A DNA stretch of 64,000 nucleotides. It comes from Candidatus Omnitrophota bacterium (GTDB lineage: Bacteria; Omnitrophota; Omnitrophia; Omnitrophales; Aquincolibacteriaceae). The position numbers were made by a program, and so were the translations under genes. Below are positions 30,932-41,489 of this stretch, piece after piece. Within the stretch, counting starts at the first letter, position 1, and every line of letters starts with the position of its first letter. The notes under the pieces are model-generated. The model was not told where the DNA came from. It ran no database searches and saw only the letters and a list, made by a program, of their open reading frames with translations. The stretch covers positions 116,871 to 180,870 of the forward strand of contig JBDRCT010000031.1 of the NCBI GenBank assembly GCA_043821445.1, read 5' to 3'.

Positions 30932-32857
30932 TCACATGACCCGGAGCGCCCCTTGCGGGCGGGGAAGTTCTTTTTTTTCTTGATCACCACTCTCGGATCG
31001 ATCCAAAAGCATTTGCGCTGCGGCAAGATTGTTCTTGACGGATTCGTTTTCCGGTTCGAGTTCGAGAGCCTCTTGAAAAGCCTGTGCGGCATTCTTATAA
31101 TCCCCCGAATTCATAAAAGCAGCTCCTAAACCCGCGTAACTATCCACTTCTTTCGGATTCAGTATGATAGCTTGCCGAAATAATCGGATGGCTTTTTGAT
31201 TTTCTCCCCGCACAGTATAAATAACCCCGAGACTGCGACGGGCGGAAGCCTCTCTCAAGGGAGCCTCAGGCTGGGTCTTTCGTTCCCGCTGATATTCCGG
31301 ATCCGTTTCAAGCGCGATAGATTTTTCAAGGTAGGGCAGTGCTTCGGCGCGTTGCCTTTGTAAAAGATGTATATCTGCCATTTCAAGATAACAAAGAGCT
31401 TGGGTAAATGGCTTTGCGAGCGTGATCGCATGCCGGTAAGTGTCCAGGGCCTCTTGGTAGCGGCCGTTCCTTCCATAGATCTTGCCAAGATCCACGTAGG
31501 GGTAAAGATAGTCCGGCTTCAAGAGGATGGCTTTTCGAAATAAAAAAATAGTTTGGTCTTGAGTGCAAATTTTTGGACTATCACGGCATAGAATTCCCAG
31601 GTGAGCGTAGGCGAACGATGAGTGAGGGTTTTGGCGCAGAAGCTGCCACCAAAGCGTGAACCCGTCTTTATAGTTCAGGGTCAGGCGGAAGCTCAGGATA
31701 GAAAGATAAACGATCACTGCCGCAACGATGCTTTTTTTAAAAAAAGGAGAAGGAGCCCAGGAAGCGGTCCGGATCTTTGAAAGTAAGAGGGAAATGCCCG
31801 AGCAGAACAACAGCAGAATGGATGGAACGGAGAGGTAGGTGTAGTGGTCCGCTACATAAGAAAACCGGTGCCAACAAAAATCAAGGAGCCCCAGTACAGG
31901 GAAAAGGGAAACGCCGTAGAAACAAAGAAGCGCGAAAGCCCCGCGGCCAAGGCGGTGACGTTTCCAAAACAATATTGCATAAAGGGTCAGGACCCCCGCA
32001 GGATAAAGCCATGCGGTCACAGGGTTCCCGCCGATTGTCCACTTGGGGTAAAAGGTCATGAAATCCCGGGGAAGTATCATTTGCTGGATGTAAAAGAAGA
32101 AGATCCGTCCTGCGAGGAGCACCCTTTCAATAAGGCTTAACGGAAGATCGGGGATCTGCGGGGAGATGCTATAAGCATTTACAAGGTCAAGATGGAGGAT
32201 CGAGATCATGCCCCCTATCAGGAAAAGGGGCATGGCGAGAAGGAAATCGCGCTTGCAGAGGGAGCCTCGCTTCCACCACCCATAGAGGAGAGGAACGAAC
32301 GCAAAGCAAGCCGCTATGGGTTTACTCAAAAGTGCGGCGATAAAAAAAAGAAGTGATTTCGCGTAGGCCCTTTTTTTTCTGCTTACCTCGAAATCAAGAA
32401 ATGCGTGAACAGCCAACAGGAAGAAAAAAAAGCAAAATAGATTCTTTTGCTCCGAGATCCAGGCAACTGTTTCGACATGGATAGGATGGATCACGAACAG
32501 TAAAGCAATGATGCCGGCCAGACGGGGGGCCCATTTCCGCAAAAGTCCGAAAAGAAGCAGGGCGTTCAAAATATGGAACACTAAACTGATAACATGATAT
32601 CCCCAAGCGCTGACTCCCCAGAGTTTGTACTCGAGTCCGATACAAGAAAGAGTAACGGGATAATATTCTTCAATAATGTTATTGTGGAACCAAATGTTCT
32701 TGAGCCCCGCCCAGGAGCTGACAAATGGATTTTCAAAAACATAAAAACTATCATCCCAAACAAAACCATGGGTCAAAGAACGCGCGTAGATGAGTATCCC
32801 AAGAGTGACCGTCAATAAGACCCAAAACAGTTCTTTGGCCGAAAGCTTTCCGTTCAA
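30932..32857 (-). CDS. TMTC-like GT-C/TPR protein, paralog 6 (different subfamily)
   Basis: [34 protein letters not shown], multiple TPRs; TTG start with GGAGGC RBS. Confidence 0.87.
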   Translation of the reverse strand: MNGKLSAKELFWVLLTVTLGILIYARSLTHGFVWDDSFYVFENPFVSSWAGLKNIWFHNNIIEEYYPVTLSCIGLEYKLWGVSAWGYHVISLVFHILNALLLFGLLRKWAPRLAGIIALLFVIHPIHVETVAWISEQKNLFCFFFFLLAVHAFLDFEVSRKKRAYAKSLLFFIAALLSKPIAACFAFVPLLYGWWKRGSLCKRDFLLAMPLFLIGGMISILHLDLVNAYSISPQIPDLPLSLIERVLLAGRIFFFYIQQMILPRDFMTFYPKWTIGGNPVTAWLYPAGVLTLYAILFWKRHRLGRGAFALLCFYGVSLFPVLGLLDFCWHRFSYVADHYTYLSVPSILLLFCSGISLLLSKIRTASWAPSPFFKKSIVAAVIVYLSILSFRLTLNYKDGFTLWWQLLRQNPHSSFAYAHLGILCRDSPKICTQDQTIFLFRKAILLKPDYLYPYVDLGKIYGRNGRYQEALDTYRHAITLAKPFTQALCYLEMADIHLLQRQRAEALPYLEKSIALETDPEYQRERKTQPEAPLREASARRSLGVIYTVRGENQKAIRLFRQAIILNPKEVDSYAGLGAAFMNSGDYKNAAQAFQEALELEPENESVKNNLAAAQMLLDRSESGDQEKKELPRPQGALRVM

Positions 32858-32888
32858 GACGCCTCCCGACAGGAAAAAGAATTTTTAG

Positions 32889-32916
32889 TTGCGAAATCGA
32901 AGACGAATCTTATACT
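32889..32916 (+). promoter_or_regulatory. Probable leuCD promoter
   Basis: TTGCGA-N16-TATACT ending 10 nt before the ATG. Confidence 0.55.
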
Positions 32917-32926
32917 AACACAACTT

Positions 32927-34342
32927 ATGACCCAAACATTATTTGAAAAAATATGGAATTCACACGCGGTGAAAACGTTTCCTGACGAAACGACGCTTCT
33001 CTATATCGACCGCCAGCTGGTCCACGAGGTGACGAGTCCGCAGGCTTTTGAAGGTCTTCGTCTTTCCGGGCGGAAGGTCCGCCATCCGGAGCTTACATTT
33101 GCGACGATGGATCACAATGTGCCGACCGATGCCGACCGCTTCGACATCAAAGATCCTATTGCCCGGGCGTCGCTCGAAGTGCTTGACCGGAATTGCAAGG
33201 AATTTGATGTCACGCTTTATGATCTCCATAGCGAAAAACAGGGCGTGGTGCATATTGTCGGCCCGGAGCTCGGGATCACTTTACCCGGGACGACCATTGT
33301 CTGCGGAGACTCCCACACTGCGACGCATGGTGCTTTCGGCGCGCTTGCATTTGGGATCGGGACTTCCGAAGTGGAGCACGTGCTTGCGACCCAGTGTTTG
33401 TTGCAGAAAAAACCCAAGACCTTCAGGGTCGAATTCACAGGGCGGCTTAAAGAACCGGTCTCTGCGAAAGATATGATCCTGAAGCTGATCGGGATCATCG
33501 GGACCGCGGGGGCCACGGGCTGCGTGATCGAGTATTGCGGAGAGGCGATCCGCGCTCTTTCCATGGAAGCGCGCATGACCGTTTGCAACATGACGATCGA
33601 GGCGGGCGCGCGCGCGGGCATGATCGCGCCGGATGAAGTGACATTCCGGTATGTTGCCGAAGGAAACCGTCCGTACGCGCCCAAAGGGAAGGATCTCGAA
33701 AAGGCCGAGGCTTATTGGCGGACGCTTTTTTCCGATCCGGGAGCAAAATTTGATAAAGAGATCACGATTGATGCGTCCAAGATCGCACCGCAAGTGACCT
33801 GGGGGACAAGCCCCGGCATGGTCGCAGATGTGGACGGGCGCGTTCCCGAGCCGGATCAAGTTCAAGGCTACGGGAAGGCGGATGTCGAGCAGTCTTTAAA
33901 ATATATGGGGCTGAGGTCTGGAATGCCGATCACAGATATTAAGATCGACACCGTGTTCGTCGGGAGCTGCACGAACGGTCGCATCGAAGACCTGCGTGCC
34001 GCGGCAAAGTATTTTAAGGGTCATAAAGTTGCCCGGGGTGTTCGCGTGCTTGTGGTGCCGGGTTCTCAGCGTGTAAAGAAACAAGCTGAGGCTGAAGGAC
34101 TCGACCAGATCTTTTTGTCATCGGGGTGCGAATGGCGCGATGCGGGATGCAGTATGTGTCTTGCCATGAATCCGGACCAGCTCAAACCGCAGGAACGCTG
34201 CGCAGCGACTTCCAACCGTAATTTCGAGGGCCGTCAGGGTAAGGACGGTCGCACGCATCTTGTGAGTGCGGAGATGGCGGCTGCGGCTGCCGTGGCAGGG
34301 CATTTGGTGGACGTCAGAAAATGGCCAGAGGTCTTGTCATGA
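32927..34342 (+). CDS. leuC: 3-isopropylmalate dehydratase large subunit
   Basis: [47 protein letters not shown]. Confidence 0.98.
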   Translation: MTQTLFEKIWNSHAVKTFPDETTLLYIDRQLVHEVTSPQAFEGLRLSGRKVRHPELTFATMDHNVPTDADRFDIKDPIARASLEVLDRNCKEFDVTLYDLHSEKQGVVHIVGPELGITLPGTTIVCGDSHTATHGAFGALAFGIGTSEVEHVLATQCLLQKKPKTFRVEFTGRLKEPVSAKDMILKLIGIIGTAGATGCVIEYCGEAIRALSMEARMTVCNMTIEAGARAGMIAPDEVTFRYVAEGNRPYAPKGKDLEKAEAYWRTLFSDPGAKFDKEITIDASKIAPQVTWGTSPGMVADVDGRVPEPDQVQGYGKADVEQSLKYMGLRSGMPITDIKIDTVFVGSCTNGRIEDLRAAAKYFKGHKVARGVRVLVVPGSQRVKKQAEAEGLDQIFLSSGCEWRDAGCSMCLAMNPDQLKPQERCAATSNRNFEGRQGKDGRTHLVSAEMAAAAAVAGHLVDVRKWPEVLS

Positions 34343-34980
34343 AAGCATTTGAGAACTTTCGAGGGGTGATCCTGCCGCTGGACCGCGCGAATGTCGATAC
34401 CGACGCGATCATTCCCAAACAGTTCCTGAAATCCGTCGCACGCACGGGATTCGGACAGGCGCTTTTTTACGATTGGCGATATCTTTCGGGCGGAAAAAAC
34501 GATCCCGGATTCATTCTGAACCGGGAAGAGTATCAGAACGCGACGATCTTGGTCGCACGTAACAATTTTGGATGTGGCTCCAGCCGCGAACATGCCGTGT
34601 GGGCGATCTGCCAGTATGGTTTCCGGGTCGTCATCACTCCATGGTCCGGAGAGGGGAAGGACCGTATTCCGGGATTTGCGGATATTTTCAGGAATAACAG
34701 CGTGAAAAACGGTCTTTTGACCCTGGAACTTTCGGAAGCAGAAGTTGAGAAGATCTTTCAAGAGGCTCACAAAAATCCTGGCTTAGAAGCGACCCTCCAC
34801 TTGGCCGATCAGACGGTGACCTTGCATGCTCCCCAAGAGATATCCTTCCATTTCGAAATCGATCCATCGGTCAAAGAGAGGTTCTTCTTAGGACTCGATG
34901 ATATTGGCATCACCCTCCAGGAGGGAAAAGCCATCCGCGAATTCGAAGCGAGACATGACACACAATTCCTTCGCACGTAA
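34339..34980 (+). CDS. leuD: 3-isopropylmalate dehydratase small subunit
   Basis: [35 protein letters not shown]; ATGA overlap. Confidence 0.97.
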   Translation: MKAFENFRGVILPLDRANVDTDAIIPKQFLKSVARTGFGQALFYDWRYLSGGKNDPGFILNREEYQNATILVARNNFGCGSSREHAVWAICQYGFRVVITPWSGEGKDRIPGFADIFRNNSVKNGLLTLELSEAEVEKIFQEAHKNPGLEATLHLADQTVTLHAPQEISFHFEIDPSVKERFFLGLDDIGITLQEGKAIREFEARHDTQFLRT

Positions 34981-35148
34981 TGCTGTCTTTCCGAATTTCT
35001 TCTATCTTTCGCTGAGTCCAGGACTTTCTATATTTTTATTAAGAAAAACCTTTGGCAGGCCGAAGATAAAAGGTAGTATATTGGCTAGAGTCCTAGCGGA
35101 GCTTTGTCTTGAGCATACGTGGCTTTCCATCGCAAGGGGGTTGGGCAC

Positions 35149-36894
35149 ATGCAAAAACTCAGTGATACCAGCGATAAAAAAATCAGAATCATCCATCAAA
35201 ATGGTAAAAGCGTCTCTGAACCGCTGGCTCCCAAGAAAGGGATAGTCTTCAGCCTTTTTAACTTCTCGAGGGCCCAGACCCCCGGAGAAAATACTACAAC
35301 TGTTTTAAGTAAACTCGTTCCAGAAATACTTCGCCCTGGTACCCCGCGGGCCGATCTCAAAGCCGTTAAGAGCTGGATCGCTCTGGAAGAAAAGGTTGTC
35401 CACGATTACACGGAGCAAAAAAAAGCTCAACCCAAGAGCGCCGTTCCTTTGTCGACCACTCCTCGCCTTGATATCCTGCGAGCCGATCTCGCAGCCATCA
35501 AGAACCGTGTTGCTCTGGAAAAAAAGGTTGTCCGTGATTATCAGGAGCAAAAAACGGCTCAGTCCAAGAGCGTTGTTCCTTTGCCAAAAACTCCTCGCCC
35601 TGATCTCCTGCGAAACGGTCTCACCGCCGTCAGGAATTGGATTTCTTCATGGGAAAAGGCCGTTCGCAATGGCAAAGAGCAGCAAAAAGCTCAACCTAAG
35701 AGCGCCGTTCCTTCGCTAACCACTCCTCGTCTTGACGTCCTCCGAGCCGATCTTGCAGCCGTCAAGAACTGGGTTGCTTTGGAAGAAAAGATCGTTCACA
35801 ATGATAAGAAACAACAAACGCCTCACTCCGAGAACGCTGTTCCTTTGCCAATCCCCCCTCGCCCGGATACCTCTCGGGCCGATCTTACAACCATTAAAAA
35901 TCGTATTGCTTTGGAAGAAAAGGTTGTCCTTGATCATAAAGAGCAAAAAAAGGAGCAAAAAACAGCTCAGCCCAAGAGTGTTGTTTCTTTGCCAAAAACT
36001 CCTCGTCCCGATCTCCTGCAAACCGGTTTCGCCGTCGTAAGGAATTGGGTTTCTCTTGGGGAAAAATTTGTCCGTGATTATAAGGCTCAAAAAACAACTC
36101 AGCCCAAGAGCGTCGTTTCTCTGCCGAAAACCCCTGAGAAACAGTCCTTGCCCGTTTTTGAGACTTTCAGCATGCAAGCGGCCGTTTCCTCTGCTCCTCA
36201 CATTCCAAAACTCAAGGATCCCCTTCGCGGGTCGGAAAGGATCTCCTTAAAGCTGCGAAAATTTTTACTGGTATTAGGGTGGCTTACAGCAGGGGTCCTT
36301 GTGTTTTTGTATATTCAAGAGGCCTTTTTGAATCGTGAGGTATTGCAGAAACTTTCGCAGCTAAAAAACGAGAAAAATCTTCTCGAACAGTCTTACGTTG
36401 CGCTTCAGAATGTTTGGGAGAATCAGCGCGCGGAAATAAAATCGTTGAATAGCGAACTTCAGGATACGATCTTAGAACTAAAAACGGCCAAATCAGAGAT
36501 CGATACTTTACAAAACACGGTTCAGACTCAAAATGCCATCATCAGGGCCCTTAAGGCTCAGAGCCAAGCCTTTGAAAAGATCATCGATCAGGGAGGTCTG
36601 TCGGCCCTTTCCGGTGCTGCTGCTGGATTTTCGAGCGGACAATTTTTAACTGGGAGAACCCCCATATCGCAAGGAGAAATTACCTCGGTCAATGACCGGA
36701 GAGGTTTTGTTGTGATCAACATGGGTGCTAATCAGGGGGCCTATCCGGGGCGCTGGATCACGATCTCCCGGAACGACAGAGAGCTTGCGGTCGGGCGCAT
36801 CGATCGGGTTTATCCCACCATGTCCGTCGCTGTGCTTCGCAGTTCGGGCATGTTGCAGGTGGTTCAAGAGGGCGATCGCGTTTTCTTTTCTTAA
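35149..36894 (+). CDS. Membrane-anchored protein: six 44-aa repeats, one TM, coiled coil, C-terminal beta domain
   Basis: Repeat TPRxDxLRADLxAxKNxxALExKxVxDxxEQKxAQPKSxVPL; TM FLLVLGWLTAGVLVFLYI; C-terminal GFVVINMG..G. Confidence 0.8.
   Translation: MQKLSDTSDKKIRIIHQNGKSVSEPLAPKKGIVFSLFNFSRAQTPGENTTTVLSKLVPEILRPGTPRADLKAVKSWIALEEKVVHDYTEQKKAQPKSAVPLSTTPRLDILRADLAAIKNRVALEKKVVRDYQEQKTAQSKSVVPLPKTPRPDLLRNGLTAVRNWISSWEKAVRNGKEQQKAQPKSAVPSLTTPRLDVLRADLAAVKNWVALEEKIVHNDKKQQTPHSENAVPLPIPPRPDTSRADLTTIKNRIALEEKVVLDHKEQKKEQKTAQPKSVVSLPKTPRPDLLQTGFAVVRNWVSLGEKFVRDYKAQKTTQPKSVVSLPKTPEKQSLPVFETFSMQAAVSSAPHIPKLKDPLRGSERISLKLRKFLLVLGWLTAGVLVFLYIQEAFLNREVLQKLSQLKNEKNLLEQSYVALQNVWENQRAEIKSLNSELQDTILELKTAKSEIDTLQNTVQTQNAIIRALKAQSQAFEKIIDQGGLSALSGAAAGFSSGQFLTGRTPISQGEITSVNDRRGFVVINMGANQGAYPGRWITISRNDRELAVGRIDRVYPTMSVAVLRSSGMLQVVQEGDRVFFS
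35329..36132 (+). repeat. 132-bp coding tandem repeat x6
   Basis: Unit starts at 35329, 35461, 35593, 35725, 35857, 36001 (fifth unit has a 12-bp insertion). Confidence 0.92.
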
Positions 36895-36997
36895 CGTCCA
36901 AGTCATTTTTTGAATTTTTTCATGGGTGGCTTGGACAGCACTGACTTCCGATAGAAAATTAATGAAAGTCAGGCAAAATCTTGATCTCAGGGGTATC

Positions 36998-38524
36998 ATG
37001 TTAAAAGGGGTTGGCGTTTATGTCGGTCGCAATGAAGTGATCGCAGTTTCCGCAACCCGCACGGGGACTGGGCCCCAGATCACGTCCTTCGCGATCGAAT
37101 CCATCGGCCCCGAAGATCCTCAACCCGGCGTCGACAGAGAAATCCACAGGATCAAAAAAATGACTCCTGAGGCGCAGGCCGTTCTCAGAGCTCTTACAAA
37201 GATCAAAGAGCAGGGGGCTTTTGTGAATGTTGCTGTCAGCCCTTTGCTGGTCGTGACGCGGAACTTCATCATGCCGATGGTTCCCAAAAAAGACGAGATG
37301 GGCGCAGTCCGTAATGAAGCTAGCCGCTACGTCCCCTTCAAGATCACCGATTCGGTGCTGGATTATCACGCATACCCGACCCACAAGAATGTCCTCTCGG
37401 TCACGGTCACAGCGATCCGGAGCGAAATTCTCGATGAATGTTTACAAAATATGCGTTCGGCATCCGCAAAGGTGCTTGTGGTGGAGCCGGTCTATAACGC
37501 CGCCAGCCGTGTTTTCTTGGCTTTAAGTAAAGTTGGAAAGGCCCAAATCCATGGGTTTGTGATCCTCCAGTCTGACGGGAACGTGAACGTAACGCTTGCT
37601 TCCAAAGGGATCGTCTACCTGTCTCGTGATTTTCTTTTAAGTGGAAGACTGGAAGAAGATAAAACACGGTTCTATAACGAACTTAAAGCCTCAATGGAAT
37701 ATTTTTATAAATTGACCGGGGGTGAATCGATCGAGCAGATCTTTTTATCTGGGGTGGGAGATCTCAAGATCTGGGTCGAACATTTGGAGCATGCGTTCAA
37801 TTATAAAGTCCGTTTTGATGTTGCCAATCTACCCAGGGCAAAGGGCCTGCCGCCGGAGGCGCTTCACGAGTTGTTAGTGGCCTTTGGATTGGCGATTCGT
37901 TCCCTTGGGTATCGTTCTTCTCTCGGGAGTATTCAACTGCTGCCCAAGGAAGAACGCAGATCCGATCCCCCTCAATTCCTGAAATTTCTAGTGATCGAAT
38001 TTTTTTTGATCCTCATTTTTTTTGCCATAGTTCGCCTTGTTGCTTTCCAGCCGTACCTGATGGGCTTGAAGCATCAGAAGGAAGCGATGATGGGTCCCGC
38101 GGAGCAGGAGTTTCCCAAGTTCGCTTCTAGCTCTCTCGAGGACCTGCAGGTCGAAGGAGGAGAGTTGAACCAGAGAATGGAACGGCTGAACAAATTTTTT
38201 GGCGACAAGCTTTCGGTGGCAGCTTTCTTGGCAGCTTTGGGGCAGGGCCTGCCGAAATCGATTTCGTTGGATTATGTTTCGATTGAGGATGCGACCGGAG
38301 CGCTAGCCCAGCAAAGCGGAACCACTCAAAAACGTCTGAATATCAGGGGGATCTGTTATCTCGGAAGCGCCGAAAAAGAAACAGAGACCGTCACCTCTTG
38401 GTTAAAAGCACTTAGTGCGAAAAAGATCATGGCAGAACATTTCTCGGAGATCAGGGTCGAAGAGATCAAAAGGGAAAAGTTTCGCAATCGGGATGTCACG
38501 CGTTTTCGGTGCCTGGGAGAATGA
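36998..38524 (+). CDS. PilM-PilN fusion (GspL-like alignment subunit)
   Basis: Actin-like PilM features (EASRYVPF..LDY, IFLSG, AFGLAIR, IQLLP), then a TM and a PilN-like domain (LPKSI, LNIRG); start could be 36962. Confidence 0.75.
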   Translation: MLKGVGVYVGRNEVIAVSATRTGTGPQITSFAIESIGPEDPQPGVDREIHRIKKMTPEAQAVLRALTKIKEQGAFVNVAVSPLLVVTRNFIMPMVPKKDEMGAVRNEASRYVPFKITDSVLDYHAYPTHKNVLSVTVTAIRSEILDECLQNMRSASAKVLVVEPVYNAASRVFLALSKVGKAQIHGFVILQSDGNVNVTLASKGIVYLSRDFLLSGRLEEDKTRFYNELKASMEYFYKLTGGESIEQIFLSGVGDLKIWVEHLEHAFNYKVRFDVANLPRAKGLPPEALHELLVAFGLAIRSLGYRSSLGSIQLLPKEERRSDPPQFLKFLVIEFFLILIFFAIVRLVAFQPYLMGLKHQKEAMMGPAEQEFPKFASSSLEDLQVEGGELNQRMERLNKFFGDKLSVAAFLAALGQGLPKSISLDYVSIEDATGALAQQSGTTQKRLNIRGICYLGSAEKETETVTSWLKALSAKKIMAEHFSEIRVEEIKREKFRNRDVTRFRCLGE

Positions 38525-38537
38525 GGAGCGTTAGAAC

Positions 38538-39095
38538 ATGTTGAACATCATGTTGAATATGAAGATCCGTGAGGGGGAAAAGGAGTTGGCCCTCAAAGCC
38601 GCGGCGGGAGTCGCGATGAGCATATTGTTGTATACACTCGTGGTCCAGCCTGTTTTCCAAGAAATTTTGACCGCACGGCAAGAGCTCAAAAATTCAGAAA
38701 AGCGGCTTGAACTTCACAGAGAGATCCTGGGGCTGAAAAAAGATCTGGAAAAGAAAGAGAGTTCCTTGGCGACGCTTACGGAGCGGTCCCAACTTCTTGG
38801 AAGGATCTCAGATGTTGCGGGTCAGACCCAGATCCGTTTTGGGACGCTGACCCCCCGGACCGAACCGGATGGGGGATTTTTAAAGCTGAAAGTGGAAATG
38901 GACGGACGAGGTTCCTTCTTTTCATTGTTAAAATTTCTTCTGGCGATCGAAAAAACACAGTCTGTGGTTAAAGTCAAGGATATGTCCCTGTTATGGAATT
39001 CTTTCTCTAAACAGCCGGAAGGCAGGGAGTCTTTACAGATTCAACTTGTGTTTGAAACTCTTTTGAAACCGAAGGTCAAAAAAACCGATGGCTAG
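38538..39095 (+). CDS. PilO/GspM-like protein
   Basis: N-terminal TM, coiled coil, G.F..LLKFL..IE motif; operon position. Confidence 0.75.
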   Translation: MLNIMLNMKIREGEKELALKAAAGVAMSILLYTLVVQPVFQEILTARQELKNSEKRLELHREILGLKKDLEKKESSLATLTERSQLLGRISDVAGQTQIRFGTLTPRTEPDGGFLKLKVEMDGRGSFFSLLKFLLAIEKTQSVVKVKDMSLLWNSFSKQPEGRESLQIQLVFETLLKPKVKKTDG

Positions 39096-39627
39096 ACTCA
39101 ACCGGTTCTTTTTTAAATTTTTCCTGGTGGTGGTGTGGCCCCCAGTTTTAGCGTGGGGTGCAGTGGGACCTTCGCAATCCGCTACGAGAGATGCGTCTTC
39201 GGAGATGACTTCCGGGATCGACGGTGCGCTCCAGTTGGCCCAAGGAGAAATTCGGGATCCTTTTGCGATAGCTCCCGAAACTGAGGCTGCCGTGATCGCC
39301 GGTCCTGTTGCGTCGGCGGCGCGCCCCGAGGTTGCCGTGGTGCTGGAAGGGATCGGCTTTGGAAGCAAGGACGCTTATGCGGTCATCGGGGGTGATATTT
39401 ATTACATAGGTGATGAGTTGAATGGAATAAAACTTCTTGAAGTTCGCAGACGAGAGGTCGATATTCTAGTGAACGGGGGAAGGATCACAGTGCCTCTGTT
39501 TCAAGGCGAGGAAGTTGAAAAGGCCAGGAAACGGGCACAGAAAAAAGGGGCCATGAAGAATGCTCCTGCGGATCCGTCGGCAAAAAAGCCGTCACCTTCA
39601 TCAGAAAGGGAGCAACTGACATTATGA
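39088..39627 (+). CDS. PilP/GspC-like protein
   Basis: Signal peptide, RDPF motif, LEGI..AVI beta domain; upstream of the secretin. Confidence 0.65.
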   Translation: MARLNRFFFKFFLVVVWPPVLAWGAVGPSQSATRDASSEMTSGIDGALQLAQGEIRDPFAIAPETEAAVIAGPVASAARPEVAVVLEGIGFGSKDAYAVIGGDIYYIGDELNGIKLLEVRRREVDILVNGGRITVPLFQGEEVEKARKRAQKKGAMKNAPADPSAKKPSPSSEREQLTL

Positions 39628-41465
39628 AAAAAACCGACCGATTTTTCGAAAAAAGTGGTCTCGCGATATTTTTATTATCTCTGTGTTTTTCTCGTCCTCT
39701 CATGGCTGCAGATGAAAAACAAGTAGCTCCGGCCCCTCCGGCCAGGGGACAGCCGGTTTCGGCTGAGGAACAACCCTTTCCGGATGACGGACAGCCGATA
39801 CCGATCGTGGCACGGCCGATTGCGCGAGAAGAAGCACCTAAGGTAGAAAGAACGAAAGAGGGGAAATATTACCTGGATTTTAAAGCCGCATCGCTCATCA
39901 ATGTGCTGAACGTGCTTTCTAATCTGAGCGGGATCAATTTTATCGCGGGGATCGAAGTGGCGGATCGGAAGGTCAGCATGACCCTCGACAATGTCAGTCT
40001 TGAGGATGTTCTGCAGTCGCTCGCGTACGGATGCAACGTCAGCTATGATTTTATTCCCGGAAGGAACATCTATCTTTTTCGGGCTAAGTCCGACGCTCCT
40101 AATAAACCAACTTTGCTAACTCGTGTTTTTAAGCTCTATTACATAAGGGTGACCTCCGTTTTAGAAATCGAAGATTCTGGTGGCGGTGGCGGCGGTGGCG
40201 GCGGTGGCGGTGGCGGTGGCGACAGTGGCGGACTTACGACACTTACTGCGCCGAAAGCCGCGGATCTTGGGGGCACGGCGATCGTTGCAGCAGTTGAAAA
40301 GATCCTTTCCGACCGGGGTAAAGTTTCAGTCGATGACCGTTCCAATAGTTTGATCGTGACTGATTCAGATGACCGGCTCAAGATGATTGAATCTGCGATC
40401 GCCGAACTTGACCGTCCTCTGGACCAGGTGCTTATCAATGTGCTCCTGGTCGAGACGTTCGATGATCTTGACCGTACCCTTGGGATCACATGGGGGGACG
40501 ACAATGGCCTTTTAGGGACACTCACAGGTGCTGTTCAAGACACAAATTGGCCGTTCTTTAACGGGCCCGTGGCCGATGGCTCCACCTCATTTTGGAAAAC
40601 AACCCATGACATGTTCAAAAATACAGGAAAGCAGTTCAATCCCGCTCACGATAGCGCTGCCGGAGTTTATAGTACGACCGGCACGAGAGATTTTTCGAGC
40701 TTTCAAGTCGCGATCCATGCTTTGGAGGATGCGAGCAAGCTTAAGATCCTGGCTAAACCCAAGATCCTGGCTTTGGACAATCAGCCTGCTTTGATCAAGA
40801 TTGCGACCAATCAGGCCATTGGCCAGTCGACGTTTACAGAAGCAGGAGGAGCTGGGACCAGTTCCACCGATACCGAGCGTTACGAAGTCGGAACTATCTT
40901 GCGTGTTACACCGCTTATTAATACCGGGGGGCGCATCACGTTAACACTGGAGCCTTCGTTCGCGACGGTGGAACCTTCGGCGATCCGGGTGAGCGGAATC
41001 GGAGGAGGAGCAACGGGAGATCCCACGACGCGCACCGCCAGGACCACCCTGATGGTCAATGACGGACAGACGATCGCTTTGGGAGGCATGCTTTTCAGTA
41101 ATCAATCCCATGACGACAGGAAGGTGCCGTTCTTTGGGAATATTCCCGTGATCGGCAAGGCTTTTTTTACAAGCAGCACTAAATCGATCAAGGACCGGGA
41201 GTTGATCCTTTTTGTGACACCTTACATCATCGCGGATCCTTCCATGCTTCACGATCCGACCCCGCCCGACCGACGATTGGATTTTGAAGATGAAAAGGCG
41301 CCCTTCTGGAAGGTGAAGGGGAAACAATGGTATGAGGAGTTGAAGGACGGTCGAAGGAGGGAGACGGAGTTTGACGATTTTTTTAATCTCCGGAAGAGAT
41401 TGATCGATTCCACGATGGAAAATCTTGATCAGGGCGCAAGGGTACCCGCATCGAGCCAATCTTAA
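39624..41465 (+). CDS. Secretin (PilQ/GspD family)
   Basis: LDFKAASL, DDRSNSLIVTD, LDRPLDQV, GTILRVTP, KVPFFGNIPVIG, RELILFVTP; Gly14 tract. Confidence 0.92.
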   Translation: MKKTDRFFEKSGLAIFLLSLCFSRPLMAADEKQVAPAPPARGQPVSAEEQPFPDDGQPIPIVARPIAREEAPKVERTKEGKYYLDFKAASLINVLNVLSNLSGINFIAGIEVADRKVSMTLDNVSLEDVLQSLAYGCNVSYDFIPGRNIYLFRAKSDAPNKPTLLTRVFKLYYIRVTSVLEIEDSGGGGGGGGGGGGGGDSGGLTTLTAPKAADLGGTAIVAAVEKILSDRGKVSVDDRSNSLIVTDSDDRLKMIESAIAELDRPLDQVLINVLLVETFDDLDRTLGITWGDDNGLLGTLTGAVQDTNWPFFNGPVADGSTSFWKTTHDMFKNTGKQFNPAHDSAAGVYSTTGTRDFSSFQVAIHALEDASKLKILAKPKILALDNQPALIKIATNQAIGQSTFTEAGGAGTSSTDTERYEVGTILRVTPLINTGGRITLTLEPSFATVEPSAIRVSGIGGGATGDPTTRTARTTLMVNDGQTIALGGMLFSNQSHDDRKVPFFGNIPVIGKAFFTSSTKSIKDRELILFVTPYIIADPSMLHDPTPPDRRLDFEDEKAPFWKVKGKQWYEELKDGRRRETEFDDFFNLRKRLIDSTMENLDQGARVPASSQS

Positions 41466-41489
41466 GACAGGGGAGTCAAACGAAATCGC

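Noticed and set aside
35329-36132. Possible CRISPR array
   Set aside because: Units are 132-bp degenerate in-frame coding repeats with no unique spacers; no cas genes
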